Shown one piece after another: positions 18,604 to 28,219 of a DNA stretch of 57,430 nt (its first letter is position 1; every line of letters starts with the position of its first letter). The position numbers and the translations under genes were made by a program. The stretch is from an uncultured bacterium. GTDB taxonomy: Bacteria > UBP14 > UBA6098 > B30-G16. The notes beneath the pieces were generated by a model that saw only the letters and a list, made by a program, of their open reading frames with translations, was not told where the DNA came from and made no database searches. Where the stretch lies: NCBI GenBank assembly GCA_965552135.1, contig CBEVQY010000016.1, positions 1-57,430 on the forward strand, written 5' to 3'.

Positions 18604-19728
18604 ATGGGAGCGCAGGGGTCGGGGCGCCGCTCGAACGCACGTGGCGCGTCCCAAAAGAAGGCAAGGGCTTTGAGCTCCAAAGTCTCGTCTGCGGCGAGGG
18701 CTTTTGGCAGGTCCTGCGAGGTCGCTGCGCTTTGGGGCGGGCGCAGGATAAAACGTGGCTACGAGCGCCTTCTGGAGGCTGTGGAGTCGTCGGGTCTCAG
18801 CGCCAAAACGCGCAAGGCGATGACGGACTGCCTGAGCCTTCTGCGTGCCGCCGCGCAGAAGGGCAAACACAGCCTTGATCTTGCCGCAGCAACGGTCAAC
18901 GCCGTCCTCGCCTCCGATTTCTCAAAAAGCGTCGAAAGGCTTTTGGAGAGGGTGTTTGGCGGTGGCGCGCCGACGATCTACGACAAAAGCATCGACGCCG
19001 TCTACAACGCAACGCATATTGGCGGAGGAAAGCTCCACAGGATCGTCGATGGAAGCCACACCATCTGGCAAATGTGGGAGAAGGTCTCAAGTGCTCTGCC
19101 CAACGACTCCCTCATACAGGAGATGCGCGGCTTCGTCGGAGCCTTCTTGAAAGACCTTTTCACCCCCGAGGGAATCCCAATCGTATCGCTTAGCGTGAAG
19201 GACTACAACAGCCTTGCCAATGCCCTCGCAAAGTTCCACATCCCACGTCGGTGGCTGCGGGATATGCTCCAAGTGAATGGTCCAGAGCTTGTGGGCGCCG
19301 CTGTTGCAATTGTCCCCGTAGTACTTTGCTTCAGCCGGAGGGAGAGCAAAGCTTTCCAGGAGTTTGTGGGCAGCATAGGCGTTTCGGCTATAGCAGGTGC
19401 TAATCCGCTCCTCTCCCTTCTCTTCGTTGCTGCTGCAGCGCTGGCTTTACTTAAAGCGCGCAAAGGCAATAGGTTTAGAAGGTGTTTGACCAATATGGTC
19501 AGGGGAGGTCTTGTAACTGCTGCGTTTATTGCCGCCTCATCGTTTGTGGGAGAAGCCGTATGGATTGGGATCTTTCTTTGTCTTGTAATCGGTGTGATAT
19601 TGTACAAGCTTAAGGGCTCCGTTAGCCTGCACGATGTTGCGCGCTATCTTCGCGAGGCTTTCTCGCAAACCCTCGACGCGGCGCAAAGCCTTTCCCGGAA
19701 AGCGGCGTACGCCGCCATGAGACCATAG
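18604..19728 (+). CDS. Hypothetical membrane protein
   Basis: A 374-aa ORF filling the gap between the GNAT gene and queE. It has the conserved-looking block TIYDKSIDAVYNATHIGGGKLHRIVDGSHT and about four C-terminal hydrophobic segments. Start uncertain. Confidence 0.7.
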   Translation: MGAQGSGRRSNARGASQKKARALSSKVSSAARAFGRSCEVAALWGGRRIKRGYERLLEAVESSGLSAKTRKAMTDCLSLLRAAAQKGKHSLDLAAATVNAVLASDFSKSVERLLERVFGGGAPTIYDKSIDAVYNATHIGGGKLHRIVDGSHTIWQMWEKVSSALPNDSLIQEMRGFVGAFLKDLFTPEGIPIVSLSVKDYNSLANALAKFHIPRRWLRDMLQVNGPELVGAAVAIVPVVLCFSRRESKAFQEFVGSIGVSAIAGANPLLSLLFVAAAALALLKARKGNRFRRCLTNMVRGGLVTAAFIAASSFVGEAVWIGIFLCLVIGVILYKLKGSVSLHDVARYLREAFSQTLDAAQSLSRKAAYAAMRP

Positions 19729-19744
19729 ATTCGGAGCGTGGCGT

Positions 19745-20362
19745 ATGCGCGTTGCGCAGATAGTTTCTACGATCATAGGCGAGGGTCTTTACGTTGGGAC
19801 GCCGTGCCTTTTGGTTCGTCTTGCGGGCTGCAACCTTCGCTGCAGCTGGTGCGACACCCCCGAGGCGCGGCGCGGCGGAAGCGAAGTACCGTTCGCAAAG
19901 CTCGTCGAGCGCGGGATCAAGGCGCCGCAGAAGTGGATACTGCTTACGGGCGGCGAGCCACTGCTCCAGCGAAGCACAGGGAAACTCGTGAAAAGATGGG
20001 TCGAGGGCGGCAAAAAGGTCCTCGTCGAAACGAACGGAACTCTGCCCCTGGAGAGGGTCCTCATCGACGGCGTATTCATCTCGATGGACGTCAAAACCCC
20101 CTCAAGCGGCGAGTCGTCCAAGGTTTTACGCAAAAACCTCGAGCTTCTGCGCAGCGGCGATGCGATAAAGCTCGTCATAGCCGACAGGAGGGATTTTGCG
20201 TGGGCTGTGGACTTCGTAAACGGTCTGCAAACCGAAGCCGCGATCTTCTTTCAGCCGGCGTGGGGAAGGCTTTCGCCCAAAAGGCTTTCGAAGTGGATCG
20301 TCGCCGATGGGCTTGGGGTGCGGCTTAGCGTGCAGCTCCACAAACTCATAAAGCTGCCCTAA
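19745..20362 (+). CDS. queE: 7-carboxy-7-deazaguanine synthase (radical SAM)
   Basis: [34 protein letters not shown] and SVQLHK. Confidence 0.92.
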   Translation: MRVAQIVSTIIGEGLYVGTPCLLVRLAGCNLRCSWCDTPEARRGGSEVPFAKLVERGIKAPQKWILLTGGEPLLQRSTGKLVKRWVEGGKKVLVETNGTLPLERVLIDGVFISMDVKTPSSGESSKVLRKNLELLRSGDAIKLVIADRRDFAWAVDFVNGLQTEAAIFFQPAWGRLSPKRLSKWIVADGLGVRLSVQLHKLIKLP

Positions 20363-20367
20363 AGGCT

Positions 20368-22170
20368 ATGAAGGATCCCCGCTACATAAGGAACTTTTCG
20401 ATAATAGCCCACATCGACCACGGCAAGTCGACCCTTGCCGATAGGCTCCTGGAGCTTACCGGCGCGGTTCCGCCCGATATGATGGTGGAGCAGGTCCTCG
20501 ACGATATGGAGCTTGAGCGTGAGCGCGGCATCACGATAAAAGCCCACGCGGTGAAGATGGACTACAAAGCCCAGGACGGCTTCACCTACGAGCTCAACCT
20601 CATCGACACGCCGGGGCATGTGGATTTCACGTACGAGGTTTCCCGCTCGCTTGCGGCGTGCGAGGGTGCGGTTTTGGTCGTCGATGCAACGCAAGGCGTC
20701 GAGGCGCAAACGGTGTCGAACGTATACCTTGCGCTCGAAAACGACCTGGAGATAATCCCCGTTGTGAACAAGATCGATCTTCCCGCCGCCAGACCCGACG
20801 AGGTAGCCTGTCAGGTTGCGGAGCTTTTGGGCGGCGATCCCGACGATATCCTTCGCATAAGCGCCCGCACGGGAGAGGGCGTGCCGGAGCTTTTGGAGCT
20901 CATAGTCAAGCGAATCCCCCCGCCGCGCGGCGACCCCAATGCCCCGCTTCGCGCCCTCGTATTCGACTCGTACTACGACAAATACCGCGGCGTCGTGCTT
21001 TATGTGCGCGTCGTCGATGGCGTCGTGCGCCTGGGAGACAGAATAAGGCTTATGGCGTCCGGGATGGAGTATGAGGTCGACGAGCTTGGATACCTTAGGC
21101 TTCGGCTCGAGCGCACCGGGGAGCTCTGGGCGGGGGAGGTAGGCTACATCATAGCGAACATAAAGGACATCCGCAACGCCCGCGTCGGCGATACAGTAAC
21201 AAGCGCAGATTCCCCCGCCAAAGAGCCGCTGCCGGGATACAAAGAGGTCAAGCCCATGGTCTTCTCCGGGTTCTATCCCACAAACCCCGACGACTTTGAG
21301 GATCTTCGCGAGGCTTTGGAGAAGCTGAGGCTAAACGACGCCTCGCTGGTATTCGAGCCGGAGTCTTCTGCGGCGCTGGGATTCGGCTTCAGGTGCGGCT
21401 TTTTGGGGATGCTGCATATGGAGATCACCCAGGAGCGGCTCTACCGCGAATTCGGGCTTGATCTTGTTGCCACGCTGCCCAACGTCCGCTACGCCGTCCA
21501 CACGACCAAGGGCGAGGTCCTGTGGATAGAGCGTCCGTCCGACCTGCCGGAGCCAACGCAAATCGACCATATCGAGGAACCTATAGTCGCGGCGGAGATC
21601 ATAACGCCGCACGAGTTCATAGGCGCGATAATGGAGCTCGTCAAAAACCGCCGGGGGGAGTATAAGTCGACCGAGTACGTCGACCCCCAGAGGGTGCTTT
21701 TGCGGTTCGAGCTTCCGCTGGCTGAGATCATCTTCGACTTCTTCGACAAGCTCAAGACCGTTTCGCGCGGGTACGCATCGCTGGACTACGACTTTTTGGA
21801 ATATCGTCCCGCCGACCTCGTAAAGCTCGACGTCCTGATAAACGGGGATCAGGTCGACGCCCTCTCGATGATCGTGCACAGAAGCCAGACCTACTTCTGG
21901 GGTCAAAAGCTTGTGAGCAAGCTTAAGGAGCTTATCCCGCGTCAGCTTTTCGAGGTTGTGATTCAGGCAGCGGTTGGCAAGCGCGTCATCTCCCGCGCAA
22001 GGATACCCCCCCTGCGCAAGGACGTCACGGCAAAGTGCTACGGCGGCGACATCACAAGAAAAAGAAAGCTTTTGGAAAAGCAAAAGAAGGGCAAAAAGAG
22101 AATGAAGATGATAGGCAGCGTCGAGGTGCCTCAGGAGGCTTTCTTCGCCGTGCTTAAGATAGAGAGGTGA
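20368..22170 (+). CDS. lepA: Elongation factor 4
   Basis: [31 protein letters not shown] and [18 protein letters not shown]. Confidence 0.98.
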   Translation: MKDPRYIRNFSIIAHIDHGKSTLADRLLELTGAVPPDMMVEQVLDDMELERERGITIKAHAVKMDYKAQDGFTYELNLIDTPGHVDFTYEVSRSLAACEGAVLVVDATQGVEAQTVSNVYLALENDLEIIPVVNKIDLPAARPDEVACQVAELLGGDPDDILRISARTGEGVPELLELIVKRIPPPRGDPNAPLRALVFDSYYDKYRGVVLYVRVVDGVVRLGDRIRLMASGMEYEVDELGYLRLRLERTGELWAGEVGYIIANIKDIRNARVGDTVTSADSPAKEPLPGYKEVKPMVFSGFYPTNPDDFEDLREALEKLRLNDASLVFEPESSAALGFGFRCGFLGMLHMEITQERLYREFGLDLVATLPNVRYAVHTTKGEVLWIERPSDLPEPTQIDHIEEPIVAAEIITPHEFIGAIMELVKNRRGEYKSTEYVDPQRVLLRFELPLAEIIFDFFDKLKTVSRGYASLDYDFLEYRPADLVKLDVLINGDQVDALSMIVHRSQTYFWGQKLVSKLKELIPRQLFEVVIQAAVGKRVISRARIPPLRKDVTAKCYGGDITRKRKLLEKQKKGKKRMKMIGSVEVPQEAFFAVLKIER

Positions 22171-24440
22171 TCATGGTTGCCTTTTTGCGAACGCTTGGGG
22201 TTTTTGCGTCTGTGCTGGTTTCCCTCCCCGCTTGGGGCTATACGACATATATGGACAGCGCCTGCTCGACGTGGGTCGATTCCGTGTGGTTCTGGGAGGA
22301 CACCCTTTGCGACGACGAGAACGTTGTGGAGATATGCTATCACCTTTCGTCCGATTGTCCCGGCGGCGGTTCGGCTTTCGTTACCCTTGAGGGCAGCCTC
22401 GATTCCGGCGCCACGTGGGTTGCAGCTGGATCTGGCTGGTTTTCCACGCTCGCCGACACCACAGGCGATCTCGGCGCCGTCGAAGATGGGGTGCACTGCA
22501 TACGCTGGCGCTTAAGCGACGACCTCCCCGGCGTGGAGGGGTGCGGCAGCCAGTTCAGAGTCGTTATGTCGACGGCTCCGGTGGACTCCTACATTTACTG
22601 GCTTCCCTACGTCGTCGCCTACTCGAGCTGCGCAAGCGGTCTGAGCAACAACCTCGAGGTCCGCGGCGTCTACGACTCGACCGCAGTAACAATCGACTTC
22701 GACTGCGACGGCGTTCCCGACACATCCTTCATACTCAACGAGAACTCCGCGCAGTCCTTCCCGAGGTCTCTTATCTCCCCGGGCACAAGGATCGTTGCCC
22801 AAAAGCCCGTCGAGGTGCGATACCACTACCGCTGCTCCAACTACGGACTCTACGAGGACGGCTCGCTGCAGTACTCCCTCTATCCCGAGAGGCTTTTGGG
22901 CTCCGACTACGCCGTCCCGCCGGCGGACAACACCACGATCCTCGCCATACGCGACGGAACATCGGTCTTCGTCGACTACGACTACTCCGGCAGCATCGAC
23001 ACCACCATCGTCCTGAACAGGTGCGAAACCGCAACGATCTCCACGGCTTCGCATGCGGCGCACATATTCACCAACGGCAACCCCATAGTCGTTGTGAACC
23101 ACTTCCACGCCTCCAACTTCTACAGCACAACCTGCGCGTACGAGCTTTTGCCGACAACCTCGCTTGGGACGACCTACTACGCCCCCTCGGTCCATCCGTA
23201 TTCGCTTACGGTCGTCTCCCTGAACAGCCGCGTTGAGATCGTTGGCACGCAGAACGCCACGAACGTCACCGTAAACGGCTCGCCCTACTTCATAAACGCC
23301 GGCGACCTTGTGACCTACGTCACCGAGGCGGAGGTGACGATAACCGCCGACAAACCCGTGGAGGCGGTCTACATCTCCGACATAACCGCCACAGATCCCT
23401 GGAGTTCCACCAACAGGCGCTACATGTACTCCTTCCAGCTTTTCCCGGAGGCTTTTCTTTCGACGCACTACGTTTTGCCGCGCGCCGGCTCGCTTTCGTC
23501 ACACGGCTCGCCCAGGTCGCGCTACGCCATAGCGTCGTTTTCCCCCGCCAACACCGTGCGGGCAGATGTCTCGGGCGACGGCTCGATCGATACATCTTTC
23601 ACACTCGGCGCGGGCGGAATCGCTTACCTCACCGAAAACTACGCGCCCTTCAGAACGAACCACATCTCGCTTTTCGCCGACCATCCCGTACAGGTAACGT
23701 ATTCGTACAGGGGCTGGTGGAACCATATATCCGAAAGCTGCCACGGTCGCATCCTAAACTGCTTCCTCTACTCCGCCTACGAGGATACGGCTTTGGGCTT
23801 TGGCTGCATCGATTCCAAGCCTCCCGATGTCTATCTTTTCTGTCCGGGCGACACAACCCTCAGCCTGGGCGACACAGTATTCCTCACCTGGACGGTTGCC
23901 GACAGGTTCCCGAAGGACGACTTCTTCGTTCTGCACATCTACGGGTGCGGCTACGACACAACGCTTACCACAAGCGACACTTTTTACAACTGGGTTGCAT
24001 CGCCCGACTTCATCGGCTGCGACACCCTTTGGTTTGTCGTTTCTGCGCGCGACAGCTTTTGCAACTGGGGCTCCGACAGCTGCAGGATCCCTCCGGTTTG
24101 CAGGGAGGCGTGGGCGAATATAGCCTGCATCCCCTGCGGCAGCTTCACAAGCTGCGCGGGACAGACGGCAAGCTTCGTCGTCACCGACCTTGACGGAATC
24201 GATATCGACACAATGCGCGTCTACGCGACGATCCTCGTCTTCCACCCCGACTCCACCGCCGACACGGTTCGCCTGAGCGAGCCCTCCGACAGCGTTTGGT
24301 TCGAGTGCCTGACGAGCCCCGGCTGCAGCAGGGTGCTTATCCACCTCGGCGGCGTGACGTTCTCAGACGGCGATTCCGTCGTCGTCTCGCTGGATTCCCT
24401 CTTCAACGCCGCAGGGTGCATAACGATACCAGGGGAGTAA
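22167..24440 (+). CDS. Secreted Cys-rich protein with an IgGFc-binding-like central region and C-terminal Ig-like modules related to the giant proteins
   Basis: Signal peptide. The central region has [32 protein letters not shown] and LFADHPVQV (IgGFc_binding-type repeats). DSKPP...ARDSFCN follows, then a terminal [11 protein letters not shown]...DGDSVVVSL...GC module. Confidence 0.75.
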   Translation: MIMVAFLRTLGVFASVLVSLPAWGYTTYMDSACSTWVDSVWFWEDTLCDDENVVEICYHLSSDCPGGGSAFVTLEGSLDSGATWVAAGSGWFSTLADTTGDLGAVEDGVHCIRWRLSDDLPGVEGCGSQFRVVMSTAPVDSYIYWLPYVVAYSSCASGLSNNLEVRGVYDSTAVTIDFDCDGVPDTSFILNENSAQSFPRSLISPGTRIVAQKPVEVRYHYRCSNYGLYEDGSLQYSLYPERLLGSDYAVPPADNTTILAIRDGTSVFVDYDYSGSIDTTIVLNRCETATISTASHAAHIFTNGNPIVVVNHFHASNFYSTTCAYELLPTTSLGTTYYAPSVHPYSLTVVSLNSRVEIVGTQNATNVTVNGSPYFINAGDLVTYVTEAEVTITADKPVEAVYISDITATDPWSSTNRRYMYSFQLFPEAFLSTHYVLPRAGSLSSHGSPRSRYAIASFSPANTVRADVSGDGSIDTSFTLGAGGIAYLTENYAPFRTNHISLFADHPVQVTYSYRGWWNHISESCHGRILNCFLYSAYEDTALGFGCIDSKPPDVYLFCPGDTTLSLGDTVFLTWTVADRFPKDDFFVLHIYGCGYDTTLTTSDTFYNWVASPDFIGCDTLWFVVSARDSFCNWGSDSCRIPPVCREAWANIACIPCGSFTSCAGQTASFVVTDLDGIDIDTMRVYATILVFHPDSTADTVRLSEPSDSVWFECLTSPGCSRVLIHLGGVTFSDGDSVVVSLDSLFNAAGCITIPGE

Positions 24441-24451
24441 GGGGGTCTTCG

Positions 24452-24739
24452 ATGGGGACGTTTCTCATCGCCTTTGAGCTTCGCGGTCCGCGGGGGGAGT
24501 ATGCCACCTTTTTCCGCACGCTCGAGGGTTTGGGCAAGGTGTGCAACGTGACAGGCAGCGCTCTCCTTTTAGACACCGACTTCGACCTCAGCGCAACGGT
24601 CGACAGCCTCGAGGACGCCATCGGCGCAACCGACACGCTCTTTGTGCTCGACCTTGAAACGCTTGAGCTTGACGGAGTGAACCTGCCCGACTGCATCGCC
24701 GACTTCATTGCGGGCGAGGGTGAGCTCAGCGCAGGATGA
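24452..24739 (+). CDS. Small acidic protein, probable ferredoxin (Cas2/VapD-like) fold
   Basis: 95 aa from ATG 24452 after the RBS AAGGGGG; pattern FLIAFEL..P..EY.......LG......S.LL..T......L...I...DTLFV. Confidence 0.55.
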   Translation: MGTFLIAFELRGPRGEYATFFRTLEGLGKVCNVTGSALLLDTDFDLSATVDSLEDAIGATDTLFVLDLETLELDGVNLPDCIADFIAGEGELSAG

Positions 24740-25967
24740 GGTAGGCGGCGTGTGCTGCTGCTGCAGCGAGGACCGTGGTTCGCCACAGCGCGCCGCCCCT
24801 GCGCAGATCAGCGTAGCCTGCGGCAAAGTAAGCCCCGAAGAACAGGGCGTATGCCGCGGGGAACTCCTCCGGACCCCGCCTTGCCAGAAGGAAGCCTGCA
24901 AAAGCGGGCGGAAAGAGGGCAAGACTTTGCCAAAAAGCCCTCCAGAGCTTGGCGGACCACATCCTTTCGGCTGCCGCAGCGCCCAGAAGGGCGATAAGCA
25001 TTGGCATAAAGAACAGGTCGGCGACGGCGACAGCTTCGGCTGCGAGGATGGCGGCAAACGCCGCAGCGGCTCTGGACGCAGGATCAGCCGCAAAGAGCGC
25101 GTCCACAAGCGGCGCGGCGAGGATAAACGCGGCAAAGACGAGCACAACGTCGAAGGGGATGATGTATCCCCACGCCTTTGGGACGTATGGCGCGACTCCG
25201 GCGGCGAATCCGCTTGCGAGCGCCACGGCAACCGCGACGACGCGTATGCGCTCGGCGAAAAGCCTTCTAAATAACCTTTGGCGCGCGGCGAAGGCGATGC
25301 CGCCCGCAAGTAGCGCAAGGACCAAAGCGGCATCGCGGCTCAGGGCGGCGGGAGAGCCATCGCCCTCTGCGAAAAGCGCCGAGTTCAGCGCTGATCTTAT
25401 AAAGGGCGTCGTTCCGAGGCAGAAGACGACGGCATACGTCGCCGCTGCGGCGAGGAGGGCGGCGAGGACGCCCCGCCCGCGCAGTCCAACGTAAACGCCA
25501 ACCCCCACCATAACAAGCCCGACCTCGACGGCGATTCCGGGCGTGGCGCCGCGAACGCCAAGGGGTATCCCAAAGTACGTGAGAAAGCTCGCAAGCCAAT
25601 CGCCCCAGCTTGCAACCTGGACGTAGTTGAGCGTTCCCGCAAGCTCCGGAGCGAATATCCCGTCGACAAGCGGCGGGAGAAGGATTATCGGGAAGAACCT
25701 TACGAAGGTCGCCGCGGTCGTTTCGGGTCGCTCCCGGGCGAAAAGCGAAACCCAAAAGCACACCCACAAAAACACTCCGCCGTAGAAGAGCGGATACTCC
25801 ATCAGGACCGAAAGGGGGCTTGGCAGGTGACTGTACGAGAGGATGCCCTCAAGCGCCGCTCTGAGCCCGATCGTTCCGAAGAACAGAAAGGCTGCGGCTG
25901 TCGGTTTGGGTTTGCTTCGGTCGAGCCTTGCTGCGGCGCGCCGAAGCGTTTTCGCCAGATTTGCCAT
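24726..25967 (-). CDS. Polytopic membrane protein, degenerate paralog of the extended UbiA protein at 51253-52794
   Basis: Shares R..E, Y.LF, P..D, L.Y...S, RG..PG...E and YV..R with the N-terminal half of 51253-52794; no Asp-rich motifs. Confidence 0.7.
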   Translation of the reverse strand: MANLAKTLRRAAARLDRSKPKPTAAAFLFFGTIGLRAALEGILSYSHLPSPLSVLMEYPLFYGGVFLWVCFWVSLFARERPETTAATFVRFFPIILLPPLVDGIFAPELAGTLNYVQVASWGDWLASFLTYFGIPLGVRGATPGIAVEVGLVMVGVGVYVGLRGRGVLAALLAAAATYAVVFCLGTTPFIRSALNSALFAEGDGSPAALSRDAALVLALLAGGIAFAARQRLFRRLFAERIRVVAVAVALASGFAAGVAPYVPKAWGYIIPFDVVLVFAAFILAAPLVDALFAADPASRAAAAFAAILAAEAVAVADLFFMPMLIALLGAAAAERMWSAKLWRAFWQSLALFPPAFAGFLLARRGPEEFPAAYALFFGAYFAAGYADLRRGGALWRTTVLAAAAAHAAYLILR

Positions 25968-25977
25968 AACTTGCCCG

Positions 25978-27021
25978 TCAGTGGGTGAGGGCGTAGATCA
26001 GGATGTTGGCGCCCATCTTAAGCGCCGCCTCGCGCTTCTCGGGCGGATCACCGTGCACATCAGGATCGTCCCACCCGTCGGCGATGTCCGACTCGTAAAC
26101 GTAAAAGAGGACAAGCCTCCCCTCAACGAATATCCCAAAGCCCTGCGGCGGCTTGCCGTCGTGCTCGTGTATCTTGGGAAGACCGTTGGGAAAGTCGTAG
26201 AAGCAGTGGTATATCGGGTGATCGAAGGGCAGCTCAACAAGCTCCTTGTCGGGGAAGATCTTTTTAAGCTCCCTTCGGAAGGCTTTGTCGAGCCCGTAGT
26301 CGTCGTTGACGAGCAGAAAGCCGCCCGCCTCAAGGTATTCCCTCAGCCTCTGCGCCTCCTGCTCGGTGAAGTAGCAGTTGCCGTGTCCGGTCATGAAGAT
26401 AAAGGGATATTTGAACAGGTCCTCGTCGAGCGGCTCGACGTACTTCCCCGTTGCGAATACGTTTACGCCGCAGTTTTCGCGCACGAACTTCGCGAGGTTG
26501 GGGAGTTCCGTTGGTCCATTGTACCAGTCGCTTCCGCCGCCGAACTTGAGCCTCACAAGCTCCACGGCATCCGGGGATCGATTCGTTTGCCCCAAAGCCG
26601 CCGAGGCAAGCAAAAGCACCAAAAGGAGCATCTTCCCCTTGCCGAAAAACGCCCTCACCCTGCGCCAAAGGGATCTCTTTTTGCGGCTTTTGGCAAGCCT
26701 CTCCTGGCGGAGGCGCTCGTAGGCTTCTATTTTCTCGATAAGCATTGGTATCGCCTCTCGCTTCTGCAGGGCGCGCCTTAGGTCGATTATCTGCCTCAAG
26801 CCCAATATCCAGGCGTAGATCGGCTCGAGGAAAAGCATCACCTGGCTTGCTATCCAGTTGAGGGGTTTTACGCTTTCGAGGAACATGACGACGGGCACGG
26901 TCATCTGGCGGTCCACCACCTCGCGGGCGATCCTGTCCAAAACCTCCTCCTGACGCTTCGTTATGAAAGGCGCTTCCTCCTCCTCCCAATCGACGTGCCA
27001 GAAGTCCTCATCCCTGGGCAT
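25978..27021 (-). CDS. DUF4159-domain protein with an extra ~130-aa N-terminal domain
   Basis: C-terminal GGGSDWY, YPFIFMTGHG, LREYLEAGGFL, GLPKIHEHDGKPP and ESDIADGW; N-terminal MFLESVKPLNWIASQ domain. Confidence 0.8.
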   Translation of the reverse strand: MPRDEDFWHVDWEEEEAPFITKRQEEVLDRIAREVVDRQMTVPVVMFLESVKPLNWIASQVMLFLEPIYAWILGLRQIIDLRRALQKREAIPMLIEKIEAYERLRQERLAKSRKKRSLWRRVRAFFGKGKMLLLVLLLASAALGQTNRSPDAVELVRLKFGGGSDWYNGPTELPNLAKFVRENCGVNVFATGKYVEPLDEDLFKYPFIFMTGHGNCYFTEQEAQRLREYLEAGGFLLVNDDYGLDKAFRRELKKIFPDKELVELPFDHPIYHCFYDFPNGLPKIHEHDGKPPQGFGIFVEGRLVLFYVYESDIADGWDDPDVHGDPPEKREAALKMGANILIYALTH

Positions 27022-28219
27022 TCCCCCCTCCTTTGCTCTGCGCCTTTTCGGCGAAAAACGCGGCTATGGCTCTGCCCGCACCGCCTATGTTGCCTATGCC
27101 CAAAACGAACAGCTTGTCGTTCCCAAGCTCGACGACCCTGTCGAAGACATCCTGCGGCTTGCCTTCGGGAACGAAGACTATTCTCTCCTCGCTTACGCCG
27201 CCATCCCTCATGTCGTCGGCTATAGGCGCAAGCAGTGCCCCGACGAGGATATATCTTTGCGCAGGGATTTTCGCCATAAGCTTTCCGAGCTGTGCTGCGC
27301 GCTGGATTCTGTCGGCGCGGGAGTTGCAGACCACAACGACCGCCTCGCCCTCGTCGAGCCTTTCGCTTAGAAGCTGCCAGATCCTCCACGTGGAGTCGGG
27401 GTCGTTTGCGGCAAAGGCGTTGGCGAAGCGAACCCTTCTCCCGTCGTGTTCGAACTCATAAAGCCTGAGCACGCCCGGGTCGGGGTTTGTGCGCCACATC
27501 CCCTCAAGGGCTACCTTTCGGTCGATGCCGAAGTGCTGGGCAACGGCAAGCGCCAACGCCACGTTCTCCTTGTGCTCTATGTATTCGAACCCAGACATAT
27601 CCTCGTCCGACACCGACTCCGGATCGACCAAAACGAGCCTGCACCCCGCCTTTTGCGCGAACCTCTGGAGCAGGTCGAACCTCTCCCTCTCCGCCGTGAA
27701 GCATATAGGGTCGTCAACGCCGTGGCGCTTTTGTGGCATCACAGCCGAAAGCGCAGCGGCAGCATCGTCCACCGTGGGACCCATTGCGTCGAGGTGGTCT
27801 GCGCGGACGTTGGTTATCACGCCCACCGTCCCGCGGATGTACTTCTCCTGCAGCACCCACTGAAGCTCGGGGTCTATCGCCATGCACTCCGTCACGAGGG
27901 CTTCGGCGCCAAGCTTCGCCGCACGCCGAACGACCCACCGCTGCTCCTTTATGTTCGCGGGACCTATCCGCACGATCGGCTCCTCGCTGCCGTCGGGGAA
28001 GATGAACCGAGCGTTCGTGCCGGTGGTCTTCGTCACCGTCCTTATGCCGCCTGCGCGGAGCGCCGCGCCAATGAGCCTCGTCACCGACGACTTGCCCCGA
28101 CTGCCGTTTACGTGAACCCTGATCCTCAGCCTGCGGAGGTAGCGCTCGTGCCGCCTGTACTCCAAAAGCCACCAGACCACAAGAACCACCACCAGACACG
28201 TTATGACCGTCAGCGCCAT
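27008..28219 (-). CDS. pgsB: Poly-gamma-glutamate synthase subunit CapB/PgsB
   Basis: N-terminal TM helix, HVNGSRGKSSVTRLI, KTTGT, ANIKEQ, ECMA, ITNVRADHLDAMGPT, NAFAANDP and GIGNIGG. Start placed at ATG 28219. Confidence 0.92.
   Translation of the reverse strand: MALTVITCLVVVLVVWWLLEYRRHERYLRRLRIRVHVNGSRGKSSVTRLIGAALRAGGIRTVTKTTGTNARFIFPDGSEEPIVRIGPANIKEQRWVVRRAAKLGAEALVTECMAIDPELQWVLQEKYIRGTVGVITNVRADHLDAMGPTVDDAAAALSAVMPQKRHGVDDPICFTAERERFDLLQRFAQKAGCRLVLVDPESVSDEDMSGFEYIEHKENVALALAVAQHFGIDRKVALEGMWRTNPDPGVLRLYEFEHDGRRVRFANAFAANDPDSTWRIWQLLSERLDEGEAVVVVCNSRADRIQRAAQLGKLMAKIPAQRYILVGALLAPIADDMRDGGVSEERIVFVPEGKPQDVFDRVVELGNDKLFVLGIGNIGGAGRAIAAFFAEKAQSKGGGNAQG

Noticed and set aside
13584..20362. 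queC and queE as a 7-deazaguanine DNA-modification (dpd) island
   Set aside because: No dpdA/tgt-like or other dpd genes are present. Ordinary queuosine precursor synthesis is the simpler reading.
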